DNA of 63,638 nucleotides, filler included, from Choristocarpus tenellus KU-1152 (GCA_964200185.2; 12 parts of 12 records of this genome joined end to end with filler, not necessarily neighbours in it), one strand, 5' to 3'. Shown: positions 1 to 12,694, numbered from the whole stretch's first letter. Program-made: numbers and translations. The notes: generated by a model from the letters alone, not told the origin.

Positions 1-70
1 CCAAAAAAGTGAAAATCGAAAAAAGGGTGAAAAACGGACGCCGACACCCCCCCCCAAGATACTTTGACCC
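1..70 (+). mobile_element. Right end of a family B-related MITE (variant C) at the window start
   Basis: AAACGGACGCC...CCCCCCCAAGATACTTTGACCC; the same terminus occurs at 41848-42001 and shares the AGATACTTTG core of families A and B. Confidence 0.7.
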
Positions 71-72
71 TC

Positions 73-180
73 ATGAGAAGAAATGCTTGCGCTATTCGCG
101 TGTAACAAATGCTCGCACTTCGTTGGAACACAAGAAGAAATGCTCCCGCTATTCGCCTGTAACAAAAATTCGTACCTTCA
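73..180 (+). repeat. Two-copy direct repeat, period ~57 bp
   Basis: AGAAGAAATGCTyscGCTATTCGCsTGTAACAAA...TCGyAC occurs twice. Confidence 0.75.
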
Positions 181-755
181 AAAATACTTTCACTCATTCG
201 CCCATTTTGAGTTAGTATTTTTCCTCAAAAAATACTTGATATGTATGTTTGTCATAATGGTTACGAGCAATTCGTTTACCTGGTCAACTATTCTCTAGAG
301 TGGATCCAAAACCGTTTTCTGACTGTTTCACCTGCCGATTTACCAAAATACCAACAGGCGACTTGACTGAGCGCAACAACACCAGTAGTTTAGGCATACA
401 GTGCCAATCACAAAATGATGGGACGAAATTGAAACGTGTTTTTATGTCTGTTTCGCCTGCCTCATCTGCACAATATGATAGTAATTTGAGCAGCGACATT
501 GGCAGTTAGGTACAAAGTGGTAAGTGCGAAACAGTTATCTTCGTAATAGGTTGGAGTAGTACTGCTAGTGTTGTAGTTAGGTCAATCAATAATAGAAGAA
601 AATAGAACTGAAAATGGGCAAACCACATAAATTATGTGGGTTCTGGTATATATTTATATCGAGTCACAAAATCAAAGAAAAAAAACACAAATCTCATCTA
701 CTTTCATCTTGTGGCTTCAATCCTCGAGTAATACGTACCTACCTGACTAAGTAAG

Positions 756-965
756 ACCATAGACAACAGGTAGGTTAGCCCTCCTCCTTGCTACTGAAGC
801 AATGTGTATGGAGTTAGAGGGTGATAGCTTGAGAATGAAGGGTCGACTAACCAAAATTCCAACCACAATGATGCAACCCTTCATTTTCAATCTTCCTCAC
901 CCTCTCACTCCGTACATATTGGTCCAGTAACAAGAGTGAAGGCTAACCCACCTATTGTCCATGGT
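756..965. repeat. Long imperfect inverted repeat (~90-bp arms); foldback MITE or hairpin RNA
   Basis: Left arm ACCATAGACAACAGGTAGGTTAGCC...GAATGAAGGGT matches the reverse complement of right arm ACCCTTCATTTTCA...GGCTAACCCACCTATTGTCCATGGT; loop ~30 nt. Confidence 0.85.
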
Positions 966-3768
966 AAAGGGCAGTGCCTTGTACAGCGTGGGAGATAGTA
1001 AGGGGGAGCCTGAAGATTCATCATGAAGTAGTGCCGACAAACATAGAAACGGGCGTCTTTGGCACAGAAAGGCAGAAGTACTAAACTCGCTAGAAGTAGT
1101 CAATAAGAAGTAGAAACATTGTAGCCAGGCAATACGGTGCTTGCGTGAGGACCACTACATGAACTTGAACAATTAAAACTACCTTTAACCCTAAGGTACC
1201 TTCTTGTGTACAGCAAGCACTGCAAGCGAAGCTGGTGGTGAGGAAGAGGTTCAAATGTCCGAATACAGCATCGAGACGCAGTGATGGTGGTGATTTCGGT
1301 GGGAGGCAAAGGCTATATAAAGAGAGTGGACAAGAACGTGTAAGGACACTGCTACACAAAGCAAAAAATGAAGTGTATAATGCTTTGCCTTGGAGACCTC
1401 CAATACTACTCCACACAGATAACTAGAAAATAGTCCTTTGATTGGTATGATGTTTTCCTTTTTTTGGGAACTTTTCTTGGGAACAACACTTCAACGGCAC
1501 ACACGTAACATTGCCAGGACACCACGTCATACCTGAGTGAAAAATACGATTCATAAACATGTACACCTCGCTTGAATTATATACCGTTCCTTTGAGCCGT
1601 TACAGCCTTTTTTCATTCATGCGAGGCCCCAAATGGCGATACAACTCTCCTCCCCAAAAAACGACGCTTCAGTTAATAAGGGTGTTTTGTGGACATACAA
1701 GCATGCCTTAAAAGGGTAACCCACTAACTAACTAGACTCCACAACACATGAACACGAAGGTGCAAAGGACTGAATTATCTGGTTATAAAATTTATAGAAC
1801 GCAGAGAACTCAGAGAGGTCAAAAAAACCTTGCCACCCCATTTCCTCGACCATGATCCTTTTCCCGTAAATTTCGAAAAAAACTCATATATTACGTAACT
1901 TGATATTTTTCTTTACGAAAATATAATAAAGAACATAAATATAAATGTTTTATCCAAGATTGAAGTAACTTAGTTATCTGGAAGAAACAAATTGGTTTCA
2001 AATAGAAGATTGAAGGTCTATTTCCTATTTTTCGCTATTAAACCTTTCCTCACAAATAAAAAAAAGTAACTTCAACCCTGACAGTTTTCGTATTTTCCTC
2101 CACCAACATATATTATAAACACCATACTATCTTGCGTGTTACAATGAAAACATAAGACATCAAAAAAGTGGTCGATATCAGAAAAAATTAAACAAGTTCA
2201 GAAAAATAACCGTGTCCATCATCTTCTTCGCCTCATTTACAATAGAGGCTTTCAATGATACACTGGTTGGTCGGTGTGTGTGGCATCAGCAATCGTACAA
2301 TATAACTCGATATGTGACAAGAGGGTGGTTGTGAGTTATGTTGTATTGCGTCGACCTTCGTAGTATTGCAACTTTGTTTCAAGTATTTTTTCTTATTTTC
2401 TGACGCACACTCCTCCTCCTCTTACAAGCTACAAGTACAATAGTAGTTCAAAACAGAAAATCACACGAAGTGGGGATCATGAGGAGGAGGTATGCAAGAC
2501 CCTTCCCTAAAAATCAAGGTTGAATATTTTCATAGTTCAGCAGGACACTCTAAGATCACCGGCAGACTCATCCTTCCAAAGAAAGTCGACATACACACGT
2601 AGTTCGACTCTTCTGTTGAGGGCATAATAATGCTTCTCCGTGCTAGAGTAATTTCCCACGCCTAGCTTCGTTGTCCTGTGACCCCACTCCCCTTCCTCGC
2701 ATAGGATCACATATCGCAGTAGTAGTATACAGTCATGAACTATGTAAGACTAATACATGTATACTGTAGAAAATATTATACTAATGTGGTACCAGTAGCT
2801 TCGCCCTCTGTGGCAGTTCTCCTTTTTTTCACGGGAACGCCGCAACAGATATAGAACAATATATATATCAAATGAAAGCTTATGATAAGACCTTTTGAAG
2901 GTTTGTATGTAGGAATGTAGAAACTTCGGTGAACGGGAACTATGTCCCGATAAAACAATGGAAAAACCGCGGGGGAATATCTCCAGCGCAATTTTAAAGG
3001 TCACGACTTCAAAACTTGCTAAAATGAAGTGGTTGGCTGATCTCCTCGCAGAAAACTGGTCTGGGCTACGTCGCTGTCCATGTTTGGCTGGTGCGGCTCT
3101 CACCGAAAAAAAGGCAGAAAAAACCTCCAAGATTTTCCTCTTTTTAACGCCTTTTGCAGATTTTATGCGAGCACACACACACGTGTGACTTACACAACAA
3201 CATGAACCATGACGGCGAGACAAGGAGAGCCGCTGAGGCCACTCTGCCCTCTGGATTTACCCTCGGCACCTTCTCTGTCGACAGGGGCCGGAAAAACAAG
3301 TGCCATATGAAACTCAGTGTGATGTTGGGTGACGAGAAAGCGCGAGTAGTGTGGCGCAGCAGCATGATCGAATCTCGAAATGGACCACGCGGTCGCGACA
3401 CTGGCGCTGAGAGAAGATGCATTAAAGGCATTACCACACAAACGTGATTGGATCTTCAACCACGTCAGAGCAATGCTCTGTAGTCTCTGCTGCCTCAGGA
3501 ATGCAGGAAGAGAACAGTGAATCCATCACCATGTGTGGTACAGTGATGAAGTCTGTGGTAAGCCTGGTCATGGCAGGCGAGGGGGGAACCAGAGTGGCCG
3601 TCCGAAGGGAAGGTTGGGACGGAGAGCAGTGCAACTATGTGCCATTTCGCTCAGGAAACGCCTAAGCGAAAACTCGGGTTTAGAATATCTTAGTAGTCGA
3701 CAGTTGCAGCAGGCCCTAGCTTTTTGGAAGCTATGTGAGCCAGAGTAGCTTAGGAAACGAGAAAGAAG

Positions 3769-4022
3769 GAGTCAAAGTATCTTAGAGGTTAGAGCCGTGT
3801 CCGTTTGAGGGCTAAGATTCAATGTTGCGATTTTGATGTAATTTTGGCTATCATGTTTGTTAGGAAGTGTCAATATCCTTGTTCCGGATACACCTTTTCA
3901 TAACGTAAACATTTTACCTACTCCGAAACATTTCAGAGTAGGTAAAATGTCATTAAAAAACGTGGGAAGCCAAGCCCCAAATGGACAAACAGGGCAAAAC
4001 TTGTACCAAGATACATTCACTC
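3769..4022 (+). mobile_element. MITE family A, copy A1
   Basis: Termini GAGTCAAAGTATCTT...AAGATACATTCACTC; flanked by AAG/AAG (3-bp TSD). Confidence 0.9.
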
Positions 4023-4071
4023 AAGGTGTTAGGGTTAGGCTACAAGGGCTCTGGATCCCGAAAGGAGGTAA

Positions 4072-4223
4072 CCCATATCTGGCACTCAAGGAGGAAATGT
4101 GATAGTAAAGACTCTAACACTGCGAATCCTGTACCTGTGTATGAACAATGGGAAAGACTGTCAAACAGCGCTCGAGATGGCAGCGGGATATGCGATGGTC
4201 AGGTCGGAAACTGTGAGTAAATG
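4072..4223 (+). mobile_element. Fragment of a repeated transposase-like coding sequence (second copy at 50252-50403)
   Basis: ~150-bp close match to 50252-50403; truncated by the linker. Confidence 0.6.
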
Positions 4224-4323
4224 NNNNNNNNNNNNNNNNNNNNNNNNNNNNNNNNNNNNNNNNNNNNTTAATTAATTAANNNNNNNNNNNNNNNNNNNNN
4301 NNNNNNNNNNNNNNNNNNNNNNN
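4224..4323. other. Artificial contig linker N44-TTAATTAATTAA-N44. Identical linkers at 10280-10379, 13649-13748, 30612-30711, 34342-34441, 41748-41847, 45690-45789, 49347-49446, 52101-52200, 57475-57574 and 60567-60666; a separate 10-N gap is at 48146-48155
   Basis: Identical 100-nt pattern carrying stop codons in all six frames. Confidence 0.98.
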
Positions 4324-4410
4324 ATCACAGGCGAAGAGGGTCGAAGTGAACATCATTGTTTATGGGACGTTTGAGGCGGTTATGGGGTGTCTACATAAGG
4401 CCTATGATGC

Positions 4411-5670
4411 ATGACGTTCCCCGAATACTTTCAAATGAAATTTATGTCCTTTTCTTCTTTGTACCATCTGCTTAAGCCCTTGCTCAAAATGGAGAAGAGG
4501 ATAAGCCGCCTCTGGAACAGGACTGCTTCAGGAGATTGGACTCTTGCCTACGATCTCCCTTTTGTGGCTGGTGTCAGTGTCTATGAGCTCATGGATGCCG
4601 CAGTCATCGCCAAAACGACGGCATACGAGTCGACCAGGAGGGTTGAGCTTGCTATCGTGAATTGCAAGGACCTCCCCTTGGACTGGCCAGCCGAGGATGA
4701 GTTGGACTATGTCGCGGACAAGTTTAGGGAACGAAATCGTCCCAGTATCAGGTCTAGATGTGTGGGTGTAGTTGATAGACTGTTCGCCCGCACCAAACGC
4801 GTCTTCCTCGAGTTTCATCCGGACTAAGTGCTTCGTTTCAGAAGACAAGGGTTCTGGACTTCACCTTGAGGTTATAAAACTCATGTGGGTTGGATAAAAT
4901 ATCCAGATATTTTAACCCTACTGTCCAAATCGTGCATTCAAGTGCATTTGTTCTCTGATATATCACGCAATACTGTCCACATTGTTAGCAATTAAATAAC
5001 GTAAAGGTGGCCTACAGCTAGCTGTATCCAAATAATTATTTCATCCCTCACACGCGATGTGTGGTGCCTTGTACTGATTCAGGGCGGACTCTATGAACAC
5101 CTCCGGGAATACCAATGACCGGACTGCGTGAGTGTTCTCAGGATTTCAGAATTGGTTGGATACTCTTCCCTTGAGGTTGTACATTGTGGGGGATGCTGTG
5201 TATCCATCCAGTGATCGAGTGGTCTGACCGTTCGCCTTAAAGGGTTGCCTTCTGACTACGACACCTTCAATTATCACCAGTGCGTCAGGATTGCCATCGA
5301 GCAAGCTTTTGGCGTACTTGCGGGTGCTTGGATTTTTCCTGTGGAAGCCATTAGAGGCACCCCTGCCTCACAAAGAGAATGTTGTACATGCTTATGTCCA
5401 CATACGCAACTTTTGGCGAAAAGCGTCCCATGGCTGTGCTGGAAGAGGGACTGTCCTCCGGATCCTCCCAGCCTGAGATATGCAAGGACAGGACACTTGA
5501 AGCTAGTTTATGGGGGACAGACATCGTGTGAGGTTGGGGAGGGCACCTTCCCGTGGGAGTATATGCCACTTCCGTGATGCGATTGGAAAGGAACTAGGAA
5601 AAAAGGGAATCACTCAACCCACAGACAACACTGCCCACAACGCTGCCTGGATGCCAGCACCTCAGGAGTA
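4411..5670 (+). pseudogene. Decayed PIF/Harbinger (HARBI1/DDE_Tnp_4-type) transposase
   Basis: Motifs CVGVVD (cf. CVGAIDG), YIVGDAVYP at ~5180-5207 and DTFNYHQ-RIAIEQAFGVL..LWKPL, spread over frames with stops and frameshifts. Confidence 0.8.
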
Positions 5671-7293
5671 GGAAGTCACCACAAGGCAGGCAAGGAACAC
5701 TGAAGTATTCATGTCCATGGGAGCAGGGTCATGGCCAGTGTTGTATTTGCGCAGTAATGATACATTTAAAGCTCCCCCACCCCCTTGAAATGTGTTTCTT
5801 GAAGGGGTGTAATTACAGGATGAAAATCTGCCTTATTGAAATTTTTTGGTATCATAGGAGAATTTGAAGGTGGGCCAGGTAGACTATACTGCGGCAGGCC
5901 AACAGTTATTGGAATACGCACATGGTGTACAGTTGAAGTTGTAATGTGGGTGCAATATGGAGATATCTAGAGTGTTTTTCCCCTCCCCCCTTCCACCACA
6001 CTGTCTTAAAAGTATCCTTTTGTAGTGCTCAACCTTCAAATGATTTGATTATACATCGATATGAGTTGCCTTCTTTTATGTGTGTCCCTGGTGGTGTGCA
6101 TTTTTGGCTAGATCACTCTGATTGTATGTTGGTGGTAGTGCCTGCTGTTTAGGCCTCAGAAGTAATAGGTAAGATTGCGCATTTTAATGTGGTCAAAACT
6201 ATTTGTTGGTGTGCCCCGAGCTTCCATTCCAGCATATATTTTATGTTGATTGCCTTCTTCGCTTCTTTGGTTTAGTTGTATCTGCATCCATACTGTTCCT
6301 TTCCCCATATATATATTTTCTTCAAAAAAACGCCGTGTATACTGTCTCTTGCTCACCAAATATCATAGCCTGATGTTCGATAGTTGTACTGTAAAATGTT
6401 TTTCAAGCTCCTTATTTCATACTCTCTTTTTGCCCCATATCGGAATAGGGCGTTTGAAATTAGCTAAAAGACCTAACAAATATGTTGTATATTGTGTAAA
6501 AAGTGCAACAGACAGCAACTATGGTATTATCAAGTGTTGTGCTGATGTTGTGTGTGTGTGCTGCTGGTACAATTGTATAACACATTGTGTGACAGTTTCA
6601 TACACGTTTATGTAATGTTCGTCACAATGCATAGTAGTATCGTACATAACGGTACGATGAGTCATTTTTATAAATGCGTCAGGGAGCAAGATCAATTCAA
6701 GCAACATCAGAAAATGAATGATCAATGTGTGTTTATCATGTATGCCAACAGCAGTTGTCGGCAACGACCCTTTTACATGTGAAGCTTTTGAATTATTTTG
6801 TTTGATGCGTTCGCCTATTTCCATTGAGACTACCCTTGTGGTATGTGAGAATGATGAGTCTATTAAAGTGTTAGTAGATGAATTCCCTTCAGAACCCAAG
6901 ACCGTAAGAGTAGCACATAGTACTTCTCAAATGGATTCACAAGCATATGTCCAACGAATCTAGGAAGGTAATCAAATACAAGGCACTGGATGGGGCAAAG
7001 AAAGGGGTGGTGCTCCCACGATGTCTCAATGACAAGGAGAGGATCGCCCAAGTGATAGTGATAATGTTCCGTACAGGGAGGTTGTTGGTTGTTTGATGTG
7101 GGCAGCTTGTGATGACCAGGCTACTAGATATTGCCAATTGGAGTCCGTTAAATAGCTAAGCACAGTACCCATCCCAAGGCTACACATTGGCGTGCAGTTA
7201 TGTGTATTTTAGCACATTTGAATACGTATCCAAGTGTTGGGTTGATTCTTAATGGTCTTGATACTGATTGCAAGTTTGAGCGCATATACTGAT

Positions 7294-7737
7294 GACCCAG
7301 AGTATCTGGTGGTGGGGGGGGGTCTACACCAGGGTGTCCATTTGGAGCCAAAGTATCTTCGAGGGCAGACCCACGTCCATTTGGGGGCCAAATCTAATGT
7401 TACGATTTTGATGTAATTTTGGCCTATGGTGCTTGTTAGGGAGTGTCAATATCCTTGCTCCGGACACAACTCTTCATAACGAGCACATTTCACCTACTCC
7501 GAAAAATTTTGGAATGAGAAAATGTCATATAAAACCCCATGGGAAGCCAAGCCCTAAACGGACAAACAGGGCAAAACTCGTTCCCTTTAAGATGATTTCA
7601 CTCTTTGGACCAAAACCAGGAAAAGTGCATTTACATTTTCCATCTGACGTATACAACAAAATCAATTAAAAATCGCGACACAAAAAAATTGACCCCAAAT
7701 GGACAGCCGCCACCCCACTCGCCAGATACGTTGAGCC
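7294..7737 (+). mobile_element. MITE family B (G-tract family), full copy containing nested A2
   Basis: Termini GACCCAGAGTATCTGG...CCAGATACGTTGAGCC; 4-bp TSD TGAT at 7290-7293 and 7738-7741. Confidence 0.85.
7345..7603 (+). mobile_element. MITE family A, copy A2 (nested in B)
   Basis: GAGCCAAAGTATC...TTTCACTC; 4-bp TSD TTTG; removing it plus one TSD restores the normal family B spacing. Confidence 0.9.
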
Positions 7738-8435
7738 TGATGTTAGTTATGCTGGGGATTGTAATGGTTGTAGACCAGTGATTGGGGGATTCAGAATGTT
7801 CGCTGGACGAGCAACATCTTGGATGTGAAAAGTCAAAGATCTTGTAGCTCTGTCTTTCAACGTAGAGTAGATACATAGCCCTTGGCAGTGTGGCACAGGA
7901 ACTGTTGTTCTGGCAAAGTGCTTTGGAAATTGTTCTGCCACAGTTCCCTTGATTTTGCCTTGACATTTTTGAGGACAGCGATGGTGCATGCAAAGTAGTA
8001 CGCAATGCCGCTAGCTCTACTAGAACAGAGCTCACATTTTTTTAAACGTTGTCAGGAAAGACTAAATTACGTGAGTAGAGAGAGTGCAAAGGAACTGCAC
8101 TCACGAGTGTCCAAAATATTTCTGGAGGAAAAAACGTCCTGAGGCTACAGTGCAGATACCATACATCTCGTAAGGACATTTGTATACCCACCCAAGACAA
8201 AAAGCATGCCGTTGGGGGCACCACAGGAGACCCAAACCAAATTTAAAAGCTCTTCTAGGCAACCCCAACCCTTCTCACACGAGCGACACCTTCACGACCC
8301 TAAAGTCCCTCCACCTCCACCTCAGATTCTATATTTTTCCCCACCATAGTCATAGCCTTTGCTAAGGGCCCTTGTATGTATTCAGTATGTGTGTGTGGTC
8401 ATGTAGGGTAGATCCACTACTCCCATCAGCACTCT

Positions 8436-8833
8436 GAAGTGCACAGGGGAATCCCCCTGTCTTGGGGAACCTCCCCCATCTTGGGGAAATCACCACTGTC
8501 ATACTCTTCCACTTCTTCAAACGAAGCTTAGGGTTATTTTTCACACACAAGTCAGGGTCAGGGTCAGGGTTAGGGTTAGATTTTGGAGAATGTGTGTGAA
8601 AAGCGAGAAGTGGTAGGTCCTTGAGAGGTGGTGAGGTTCCCCAGTGCACAGTACACTACTGCACCAATTCTTCTACAGGGTTTCCTACGTTGGTTATGGG
8701 TATTTTTCACCCAAAGGTTAACGTTAGGGTTAGAGTTGGGATAGGTTTAGGGTTTCGACAACGTGTGCAAAAGAGGGAAATAAAATATTTCAGTGGTGGT
8801 TCCCGAATATAGGTGGGTTCTCCTGTGCACTGC
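8436..8833. repeat. Foldback element(s) with GTGCAC-containing inverted ends and internal degenerate TTAGGG/TCAGGG tracts
   Basis: AGTGCACAGGGGAATCC (~8438) is inverted relative to GGTTCCCCAGTGCAC (~8635-8649) and GGTTCTCCTGTGCACT (~8816-8831); two telomere-like tracts inside. Confidence 0.6.
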
Positions 8834-10217
8834 AACTCTCCAACTCGTATCCTTGCAACTTAAGATTTCTATCTCCTCGCGCGATGATTCGTCCTGGGGC
8901 CTGTATCAGCCTTTGAATGCAAGGATTTCGTATAGTCAGTATGGCTTTTGACACTGTCCTTCACTGCACTGTACAGATCCCTCTATCAACAGCGATGTTA
9001 GTTTTCTTTGACTTCCCCCTTCCCTTACGACTCTTCTCTCTCTGGGTCTAGGTACTGGAGGTACCCCCTCCTATATCCTCCCTTGTGGGACTCTGTTCAA
9101 CTGCGCCGTTGATGGCCCCAGATAGGTCGTTCGGGGAGCTGAATCTGCTTGTCTCCCTTCTCAGCTCAAGTGCAGCACAGGCCTCCACAGACCCATTGTC
9201 ACCCCCCCTGGAATCAAACTAGTCGTACAAGAGCTCTAATGGAAGCGTGCCTCAGCAGAATCCGAAGAAGCGCTCCACATACTCACCGCTTACATCTCTA
9301 TTTGACAAAACCACCTGTCATGGCAGGGGAAGGTATATTGGGATAGTAGGTGAAGAGTTACGTTGTTGTGTTTTCTATAGTTGGCGCCTAATAGACCACA
9401 TACATGGTAACACATCACCCAACGCAAGTACAGCAGAATGCAAGGTCATGCAGGTATCACGAACATGTGATAGACACGATACACCATTGCGTACATGAGC
9501 TCCAACCTGTAATTGCGCCTACACAATGGGCCATCTACATGTGGAAAGATCGTTGGGTAGGACTGTGACTTGGAATGAAAAATGATCTAAAACTGTCAAC
9601 CTCTGAATTGATTTTGCTCATTCCGGATCTTCCTCGTATTTGAGGAATGCCACCCAGATGTTCCTCTTCGTCATCACATCGCTGACCAAGTTTCCGCTCA
9701 CCTGAGAAACTTTGCATATTATATCCTCACATCTACTTCCAAACTTAAGGGGCCTCTGTTTGCCGAACTCCTCACTGCTTCATTCTTGAGGTCTCTAACC
9801 CATCACAATCTGTATCTAGAAAACTGGGTCCTTCAAGGTATATTGCCAGCCAAATCAACTACCCTAGCCACACACGTCTAAGGCTGCTGCATGACACACC
9901 GAGTGGAGTCGCTTCTCTCGAACCCTGTCGGCTCTGTAGATGGCCCAATGTGTGATGACGGGGTAGTTGTAGATGGGCGGTCAACCACAGACTTTGAAGA
10001 CATTTCAGGTGACCCGTCTACCAATCTGGGAGACGTTGAGGTTGGGCTCGCCATCAGCCTTGGATCCGACGAAGATATCTTTTGAAGCACATTGTAGTGA
10101 AACGCTGTGATTAAGGGTTCGTTTAGATGAGGGTCAATAAGCTTCCACCTATATGCATAGAAAATCCTCAACGTAGTTAACATAAGAAGTGCCTTAATGA
10201 TTCCATTCAACATAGAA

Positions 10218-10279
10218 CAGGGATTTCTCAAAATTGAGGATGGTGCAGGACTATGAGGATGGTTGTTTTGCGAAAACGG
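10218..10279 (+). mobile_element. Terminus of repeat family D (also 10380-10416 inverted, and 60465-60566)
   Basis: CAGGGrTTTCTCAAAATTGAGGATGG..GGACTAT is found three times, each at a contig end. Confidence 0.7.
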
Positions 10280-10539
10280 NNNNNNNNNNNNNNNNNNNNN
10301 NNNNNNNNNNNNNNNNNNNNNNNTTAATTAATTAANNNNNNNNNNNNNNNNNNNNNNNNNNNNNNNNNNNNNNNNNNNNATAGTCCGGGGCCATCCCCCA
10401 TTTTGAGGATCCCCTGTTAAATGCTTCAAGATACCACATTCAATTAAGTCACAAGTGTCTCAGCATTTTGCCTATGTGCTCATTCCAGATCGGTATTTTC
10501 AATTAATGAAACAGATCTGAGCTTATGTACTCTACCTGA

Positions 10540-10950
10540 AGCAGAAATCTCCATAGAGCGTGGTGCCAAGCCTGTTCATAGGAAGAACCCGTGTAGAGAG
10601 TAAACAAGTGATTGACTTGTGTGTCAACACTATGAAAGAGCAAGGGATCATTTGAAACCTTGTCACCCCTTGGACACTCCTGTTACCATTGTAGCCAAGT
10701 TTAATGGCTCTTCACGTTTCTGTGTAGACTACCACTCGACTGTTAACAAAAGGTTAGACAGACTTGGCTTTATGCCTGATATGGAATCTATCGCATATTG
10801 ATACTATGGGTGGTGCCAAATTATCGCAGTTTGTTATATTCAGAGTGCATATTGGCAGATTCCAGTTGCTGAAACTGATACCCTGACAATTTCAGAGAAA
10901 TCATGTCGTTGGCCTTGTCCAACTTTGGTCTACTAAGGGGTTTGCTTGTA
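10540..10950 (+). mobile_element. Decayed Ty3/Gypsy reverse transcriptase fragment
   Basis: TPVTIVAKFNGSSRFCVDYHSTVNK..MPDMES..IQSAYWQIPVA matches the RT motifs SPVV.V.K.DG..RFCVDY and D..SAYWQIP. Confidence 0.8.
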
Positions 10951-12042
10951 TACACGGATGACTTGTTTGCTTGTAATCCTAATCGGGAAGGACATCTGCA
11001 CTTACCGGAGCGGCAGTTCAAACCTCTATAGAGCAGATTTATCCTTGACATTGTCAAAAGACTCACTTTTGGCATCAAATACTGTTCTGATATTCATCCG
11101 AGTAGGATATGGCATATGTATTAGTAGGGTTTTCCCTCTGTCGACTAAAAACACGCGTATCTGTAATATAAGAACTCTTATGTATTGGGGAGGCTGTAAG
11201 ACATGCTGACGTTTTAAAATATATATTTATGTACGTACATAATTCTCTTATCTGGTATCTGGTTGGGAATGACTGAGGAAAAGGTTGTTTGATGTCATGT
11301 ATATAAAGGTAGGTAAATCATTTGTACATTGTACTGATAGAGAGGATATGTGTATGTGTGTACGGATCGATATCACATTTACGACAAGTGGAAGGTTATG
11401 AAGTAATTGCGGGCGGGAGAATTCGTGGAGGGATGGCGTATGGGGGGTGGAGTGGTGAGAAGTGTGAAAATAAAATAAAGAGAAGGTGACAAAGAGTTAA
11501 GTACTGGGTGACTAGGGGGCAGAAGAGGTAGGAGAGGATTTAAAGAAATGGGTGGTAAGTGCAGGGAGGAGGTAGGAAGGGATGGGACAGAACAAAAAAA
11601 GGAAAACCGGAGGTTGGTGGGGCAGGATGTCCAAGCAGGGCAAGAAAAAGGCAACCTCCAAGCAATGTTCCCATTCACCCACCCTTTCGATTGCTCACGA
11701 TCAACTGGGATGCTGAGGAAGGGGTGGAGAGGACAAGTTCAGGCGAGGCCAATGTCTTCTAGTTCAAAGGGGTGTTCTTGGAGAAATGTGCAGTGGTGTT
11801 GAGTCGTGTGGTGGAATTCTTGGATAAAGGAGTATTGTTCGTTGACTGAGTGTCACTATAGTGTCGTCGAAACTATCGGGTAAGCCATTACCATTATTTT
11901 AAGTGGTTTCCAACGCGTAGGGAAGACTGTGAAAGTGGGGGATAGGATAACGACCAAAATTAGACCTCCATTAGAAGAGTTGAATGTACGAGGTGAATCA
12001 GGTGTAGATGATAAATGCTTTTGTTGGAGAGGCATACTTCAC

Positions 12043-12465
12043 CTGAGTGGGGCAAAAAGATACCTCCAACGTTAGTGCCGGAACTGTGTATCCCCTCACA
12101 TATGCTTCCTTTACCACACCGATGAATGATCTCAGGCCCATTACGTAATCTGCCTGCGACGCTGCCACAACAAACGTTTTCTCGATCAGCGATGCCAACG
12201 ATGGGGGCTCCCCACCTGGACTAGACTCCTCCTGTATACCTCCAATACTGGTTCCGTCGCCTGATCCATCGTCAGATCCCGCCCCAAGATTGATGGGAGC
12301 GCTCAAGTACCTGTTCGGCGATTGAAACCTCTGCACTCTTGGAGCGTCGACATGTAGTCCTCCCGTGGAAAGTGAGGCATGATGTAGACCAGGCGAATAC
12401 TGTACGAATCCAAACACCCCCAGCATGGGCAAGGAGAATGCAACTAAGGTGTGCATTGGGAGCAT
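12043..12465 (-). CDS. First exon of a probable plastid-targeted protein of unknown function; downstream exons not resolved
   Basis: ATG, hydrophobic signal peptide ending VFG-F, Ser/Arg-containing transit-like stretch, globular-looking C-terminal part, clean CAG|GTGAAG donor at 12043. Confidence 0.7.
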
Positions 12466-12621
12466 GCCTGTGATATGGTGAGCACTTTCCCTGCTTGAGG
12501 CTGTGGCAAATCGTGCTGCAGCACATTAAGACTTCAAGCGGATGTTACGTCGTTTTCCTATTATTACAAAGAATCTTATGTAATGTTTAAATTTGTATAA
12601 CCGACGTGAAACATCGGTTGA

Positions 12622-12694
12622 GGCCGCGTGGCCCAATGGATAAGGCGTTGCCCTCCTAAGGCAAAGATTGTGGGTTCAAGTCCCACCGTGGTCG
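12622..12694 (+). tRNA. tRNA-Arg (anticodon CCT)
   Basis: Acceptor stem GGCCGCG/CGTGGTC, A-box TGGCCCAATGG, anticodon arm TTGCC-CTCCTAA-GGCAA, T-loop GGTTCAAGTCC, T6 run ~20 nt downstream. Confidence 0.95.

Larger units (their letters stand above)
6850..8110 (+). mobile_element. Decayed Ty1/Copia RT C-terminus and RNase H, interrupted by nested MITEs at 7294-7737
   Basis: SQAYVQRI, VPYREVVGCLMWAA and HPKATHWRAVMCILAHL before the insertion; DVSYAGD..RPVIGG..FAGRATSW..VALS and FEDSDGA after it. Confidence 0.8.

Noticed and set aside
1000-1440. Possible piggyBac Cys-rich C-terminus
   Set aside because: Only scattered Cys residues across broken frames; no TTAA or TIR identified.
4411-5670. Harbinger remnant as the mobiliser of MITE A
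   Set aside because: It is on a different contig from A1, no shared TIR is visible, and A's TSDs are neither TWA-biased nor of fixed length.
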